A stretch of DNA of 19,222 nucleotides from an uncultured Janthinobacterium sp. (GTDB lineage: Bacteria; Vulcanimicrobiota; Vulcanimicrobiia; Vulcanimicrobiales; Vulcanimicrobiaceae): contig CAZZXB010000032.1 in the NCBI GenBank assembly GCA_964658025.1, positions 5,439 to 24,660 of the forward strand, in the 5' to 3' direction. A program made the position numbers and the translations under genes. The notes under the pieces are model-generated. The model saw nothing but the letters and a program-made list of their open reading frames with translations. It ran no database searches and was not told where the DNA came from. Within the stretch, counting starts at the first letter, position 1, and each line of letters starts with the position of its first letter. Shown one piece after another: positions 15,218 to 19,222 of the stretch.

Positions 15218-16522
15218 TTACAAGGTCACCGAGCCGGCGTATCCGGTCAGCTCCACATACCCGACACCGAGCGCATTTCCACGCGCGGCGTCCCGAACGT
15301 CGACGGCGCCCTCCCAGTACGACAGTTGCCCCTGGCCCGCCACGAATTCTTGATCTTCGACGGTCGGAGCCAGGGTCACGTCGACGCTCGCGGACGGCAC
15401 GCGAACCCGCCAGCCGCTCGGATACGTCGCGGCCGTATGCGGGCTCCGCCACGAACCCGTCGCCGAGATCGCGAACGCGGAGCGCGGGAGGTGCCGCACC
15501 GCCCCATCGCGCCCGATCAGACTCCCGCTCGATTCCGGCGTGATCGTCCCGTCCTTGTGCCGTAGCACGTAGAGCATGAGTTCGCGTCGATCGTCGAGTT
15601 GGATCGAGAACCAATCCCAGCCGGCTTGATCCCGCTGCAACTCGCCCGATCCGTACTCGTGATCCATCCACGAGAGTCCCGTCACGCGCATGGGCTCGCC
15701 GTGATAGACGAGCGTCCCGGTCGTGCGCAGTCGCGTGTAGGAATAATAATGCGACGCACACGAGCCGCAGGGGCCCTTTTTCGAGATGCCGGCGTCGCCG
15801 TGAATCGCGGGCGGCTTCTCCGGAAGCTGATCGAAGCGGAGCGCGTTGCGCCCCTCCGGGCTCGCATCCGACGCGGACATCGTCATGCGTTCGCGATCGG
15901 GCGCGCCCGGCAACGGATTTCCCGTCAGCCGCCAGTCCTCCGCGCGGACGTCGAGCCGCGACGACGACGCCGCGCCCAGACCGAGCGCCTCGCGTGCGAA
16001 GCGCTCGGCGTGATAGAACGACGCACCCCGTTCGTCCGTGATCGCGAAATGCGCGGGGACGAGTTCGTTGCCGCGCCAGCGACTCTGACCCGGAAGCGGG
16101 TGCGGATCGCCCGGATGCAATCCGACGCGGAAAAACGTGAGTTCGTATCCGAAGCGCCTCCCCGAAGCCGACGCGACGTGCCCCGTGTAGTACCACCATT
16201 CGGTTTGATACGCCGGATGCGCCGCGTGATCGCGCGGAAACGCGAATCGATACGGCGCCGTCGCGGGCTCGAACGACCCTGCCGAAACGTCGCGACGGTC
16301 GCCCCGATCGGCGGCCGCCGCGACGATTGCGGCTCTGGGGTGCATGTCCCGATCGATTCTACGCAGATCCGGCGCGATTCGTGACGCGGTGGACACGGGC
16401 GGACGCCGATCTTCACGGGCCTCTAATCTCGCGTCGCTCGGCCGGGTCGCGACGGCCGCGGAGGCGACGAGCGACGCGAGCGCGAGCGAGGACAGGACGG
16501 CTCGCGAGCGGGGCGCGCTCAT
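15218..16522 (-). CDS. Secreted AttH/CrtC-like lipocalin-fold protein (carotenoid 1,2-hydratase-like family)
   Basis: Start at ATG 16522 (ATGA overlap with the permease stop) and an N-terminal signal peptide. Motifs FPRDHAAHPAYQTEWWYYTGH, FGYELTFFR, SHYYSYTRL, WMDHEYGS, GWDWFSIQLDD, YPSGWRV, YWEGAV and GYVELTGY. Confidence 0.9.
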   Translation of the reverse strand: MSAPRSRAVLSSLALASLVASAAVATRPSDARLEAREDRRPPVSTASRIAPDLRRIDRDMHPRAAIVAAAADRGDRRDVSAGSFEPATAPYRFAFPRDHAAHPAYQTEWWYYTGHVASASGRRFGYELTFFRVGLHPGDPHPLPGQSRWRGNELVPAHFAITDERGASFYHAERFAREALGLGAASSSRLDVRAEDWRLTGNPLPGAPDRERMTMSASDASPEGRNALRFDQLPEKPPAIHGDAGISKKGPCGSCASHYYSYTRLRTTGTLVYHGEPMRVTGLSWMDHEYGSGELQRDQAGWDWFSIQLDDRRELMLYVLRHKDGTITPESSGSLIGRDGAVRHLPRSAFAISATGSWRSPHTAATYPSGWRVRVPSASVDVTLAPTVEDQEFVAGQGQLSYWEGAVDVRDAARGNALGVGYVELTGYAGSVTL

Positions 16523-19101
16523 TCGCTGCGGACGGCCTCCGCCGTCCGAATGCGCGCCGCGACGCGCGCCGGATAGAGACCCGCGACGAGCGCCGCCACG
16601 ACGACCATCGCGATCGCTTCGACGAGAAAGTCCCACGGCATGTGCAATTCGATGAGCCATCCGAACGCTTGACGATTGATGACGAAGATGAGCAGGAGCG
16701 AGAGCAGGACGCCGACGACGACGCCCGAGACGCCGCCGAGGCCGCCGACGAACGCGGCTTCGTAGAGCACCATCGCGCAAACGTCGCGCGTTCGCAATCC
16801 GAGATAGCGCAACAGTCCGATCTCACGTCGCCGTTCGAGGACGAGCGCGAAAAGCGTGCTCACGACGCCGAGCACCGCGATCGTGATCGAGATGACGTAG
16901 AGCGCGTACGTGATCGCGAACGTCCGATTGAAGATCTCGATGACGAGCTTGCGCAACTCGCGGGTCGTCTGCACGTCGATCCGTAACGGCAGGACGCTGC
17001 GGATGACGCGCGACCGGATATCGTGGAGGTCCGCGCCGGGGACGGCGTAGATCGCGAGCGAGTTCACGCTATCGTCGCGAAAGAGCCGCGCGAACGTGCG
17101 CCGATCGATCAAGACGACGCCCGCGTCGCTCGAATAATCGTTGTAGATCGCGACGATGTGGAACGCCGTGCGACCCGACGGCGTTTCGAACGCCACGTCG
17201 TCGCCGGCGCGCACGCCGAAGCGCGTCGCGAACGGTTCGCTCATCACCGCGTTCGTCGTGTCCGGCAACGTTCGCGCGAGCGCGCGCGTGTCGACCGACC
17301 CGAGAAAGCGTAGTTTGTTCCGCTCCGCGATCGTCGAAAAATCCGCGGCGGCGAGCGTCGTGAGCGACCCGCGAAAGGGCATCGAGATCGCGCGGAACGT
17401 GTCGACCGCGGCGACGCCGGGAACGCGTCGGATCGTGTCCGCGACGCGCGGCGAGAAACGCGCGTCGTACGACGCGTCCTGCAAGCCGAGCGGCCGGACG
17501 AAGAGATCGGCGCGCAGCGTATCGTCGGCCCACGCGACGACCGTCGTCCGGAAACTTCCGATCAAGATCGCGATCGAGACCATCATCGCGATCGCCACCA
17601 TGAGCGACGCCACGGCGACGCCGTTGCGACGGACCGCCGAGCCGAAGTTCGCCGCGCCGAGCCGACCGGCGGGCGAGAGTCGTTCGCGTTGCGCGCGCGC
17701 GAGCGCGGCGAGGCCGACGATCCCGAGCGGAACGCAGAGCGATCCGCCCGCGATGATGAGCAGACCCGCGAGATAGCCGGCGAGCGGGATGCCGTCGAAC
17801 GCCGGAACGAACGTGAGCGCGTACGCGACGACGAGCGCGGCGCATCCGATCGCCGCGAGTCCGACGCCCGGTCGCGCGGAACGCCGTTCGAATCCCGCCG
17901 AGCGCATCGCGATCGCCGGCGGCGTCGCCGCGGCTTCGAGCGCGGGCACCGCCGCCGAGATCGTCGCGACGATCGTGCCGACGACGAAGGCTTTGAGGAG
18001 GACGAGCGGATCGTAGGTGACGCCGTCCGCGTGCGAGGCGACGTACATCGTGTCGACGGTCCGCGAGACGGCGCCGACCGCGAATCGCGCGAGCACCGCC
18101 CCGATCCCGAGACCGAGCAACGACCCCAACACGCCGAACGTCGCGCCTTCGGCGAGAAACGTCGCGAAGATCTCGCGGCGCGTCGCACCGAGCGCGCGGA
18201 GCGTTCCGATCTCCGCGCGACGCTGGACGACCGAGATCGCGACCGTGTTGTAGATGAGGTACATCCCGACGAGCAACGCGACGTACGAGAGCGCGGCGAG
18301 ATTGAGTTGGAAGCTGCGCAACATGCGCTCGATCTCGTGCGTGCGGACCGCCGGCTCGATCGCGCGGGTCCCCGGCGGGATCACCGCCGCGATCGCGCGC
18401 CGGACTTCGGGGAGCCGCGCCGGATCGACGTCGAGATCGAGTCGGTCGAGCAGACCGATCTTGCCGAAGACTTCCTGCGCCGTCGCGATGTCGACGAACA
18501 TGACGCTCGAATCGATCCCGGGAACGTTCGGCGGCAACACGGCCGCGACGCGAAAATCGACGGGCGTGTCGCCCGCCAGCGCGTGCAGTATCCCGCCGCG
18601 GGCGAGACGGTACCGTTTCGCGATGCGATCGGAGACGATCGCGCCGTGCTCCGCGACGATCGCGTACGGATCGGGCGCCCCCGCGACGTCCGCGCGAAAC
18701 GCCCCGACGCCGCCCGCCGATCCGTCGTCGCCCTGCGGGAGCGGATGGAGCAGATCGAGCCCGAGGACGCGCAGGATCTCGCCGGAAAACGGATCGCCCG
18801 GCCGCGCGCCGATCACGACCGATTCCTCGATCGTCGGACTCGCGAGCCGCACGCCCTCGATCTTCCGCACGCGCACGTACGCGCGCTCGTCGAATCCGCG
18901 ACCGACGCCCATCACCTGGAGGTTCACGTGATTCGCGACGACGTTCACGCTCCGCGCGAACGACGCGACCGCGGTCGCGTTGGCGAGCTCGATCGCGAGC
19001 GAGATCGCGACGCCGAGTCCGACCGCGATCAGCGTCACGAGCGAGCGGAGCCGATTGCCGCGGACGTGCCCGAGCACGAGCCCACGAAAGAGAGCCGTCA
19101 T
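16519..19101 (-). CDS. ABC transporter permease with two MacB_PCD/FtsX repeats (AttF/AttG-like, type VII ABC)
   Basis: 860 aa with LRSLVTLIAVGLGVAI, ALLVGMYLIYNTVAISVVQRRAEIGTLRALGATR, ERRREIGLLRYLGL and LIFVINRQAFGW. Two large extracytoplasmic loops. Coupled to the AttH-like gene. Confidence 0.93.
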   Translation of the reverse strand: MTALFRGLVLGHVRGNRLRSLVTLIAVGLGVAISLAIELANATAVASFARSVNVVANHVNLQVMGVGRGFDERAYVRVRKIEGVRLASPTIEESVVIGARPGDPFSGEILRVLGLDLLHPLPQGDDGSAGGVGAFRADVAGAPDPYAIVAEHGAIVSDRIAKRYRLARGGILHALAGDTPVDFRVAAVLPPNVPGIDSSVMFVDIATAQEVFGKIGLLDRLDLDVDPARLPEVRRAIAAVIPPGTRAIEPAVRTHEIERMLRSFQLNLAALSYVALLVGMYLIYNTVAISVVQRRAEIGTLRALGATRREIFATFLAEGATFGVLGSLLGLGIGAVLARFAVGAVSRTVDTMYVASHADGVTYDPLVLLKAFVVGTIVATISAAVPALEAAATPPAIAMRSAGFERRSARPGVGLAAIGCAALVVAYALTFVPAFDGIPLAGYLAGLLIIAGGSLCVPLGIVGLAALARAQRERLSPAGRLGAANFGSAVRRNGVAVASLMVAIAMMVSIAILIGSFRTTVVAWADDTLRADLFVRPLGLQDASYDARFSPRVADTIRRVPGVAAVDTFRAISMPFRGSLTTLAAADFSTIAERNKLRFLGSVDTRALARTLPDTTNAVMSEPFATRFGVRAGDDVAFETPSGRTAFHIVAIYNDYSSDAGVVLIDRRTFARLFRDDSVNSLAIYAVPGADLHDIRSRVIRSVLPLRIDVQTTRELRKLVIEIFNRTFAITYALYVISITIAVLGVVSTLFALVLERRREIGLLRYLGLRTRDVCAMVLYEAAFVGGLGGVSGVVVGVLLSLLLIFVINRQAFGWLIELHMPWDFLVEAIAMVVVAALVAGLYPARVAARIRTAEAVRSE

Positions 19102-19160
19102 CAGATCCCTTGGACGCCACGAAGGGTCGAAGGGCTGCGGTCGGGCCCGCGTCTACGCGT

Positions 19161-19222
19161 CTAGTGGTCGGCGGGGAGTCCGTCGAGCGTGTCGGTGCGG
19201 AAAACGTCGTTCGCGGCGAAGA
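19161..19222 (-). CDS. Probable 3' end of an unidentified gene entering from the right edge
   Basis: Open frame ...FAANDVFRTDTLDGLPADH* with GC3-rich codons, ending at TAG 19163-19161. Too short to identify. Confidence 0.4.
   Translation of the reverse strand, partial: FAANDVFRTDTLDGLPADH

Noticed and set aside
71..19164. Numerous long Arg/Ala/Pro-rich ORFs in the track (e.g. 147..920+, 5225..6436+, 9985..11814+, 13601..15034+, 17069..19120-, 17689..19164+)
   Set aside because: Shadow frames of well-supported genes. Stop codons are rare in high-GC DNA, and these translations carry no recognisable motifs.
1..19222. CRISPR arrays, tRNA/rRNA, transposases, integrases, phage or defence genes
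   Set aside because: No regularly spaced long repeats, RNA-gene signatures or mobile/defence protein motifs were seen. The lone XRE regulator has no phage or toxin neighbour.

Overview
High-GC, CpG-rich bacterial DNA with dense, tightly packed genes. The composition and gene style suggest a diderm Terrabacteria lineage such as Ca. Eremiobacterota/Vulcanimicrobiota, which is an inference and not checked. The left half is a phosphate-starvation locus on the minus strand (ppx-phoB-phoR ... pstS-pstC-pstA-pstB). It has no phoU in the window and is split by an oppositely oriented acyltransferase-3 gene. The pstS/acyltransferase intergenic region holds two separate 11-bp-periodic Pho-box-like arrays flanking an unannotated 48-aa ORF, and a terminator-like hairpin lies between pstS and pstC. 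A SAM methyltransferase (cut by the window edge) and an XRE regulator flank this locus. The right half carries a hydroxyacid-oxoacid transhydrogenase, an IclR regulator with a palindrome over its start codon, a UbiA/MenA prenyltransferase coupled to a NifU-C protein, a membrane GAF-GGDEF diguanylate cyclase, and an AttF/G-like FtsX permease coupled to an AttH/CrtC-like lipocalin-fold protein. The most unusual stretch is 14821-15213: a 38-aa ORF coupled to the cyclase and a divergent 51-aa CxxC...CxxC micro-protein lie either side of a perfect CGTGCCA-N6-TGGCACG inverted repeat. No RNA genes, CRISPR arrays or mobile elements were recognised.
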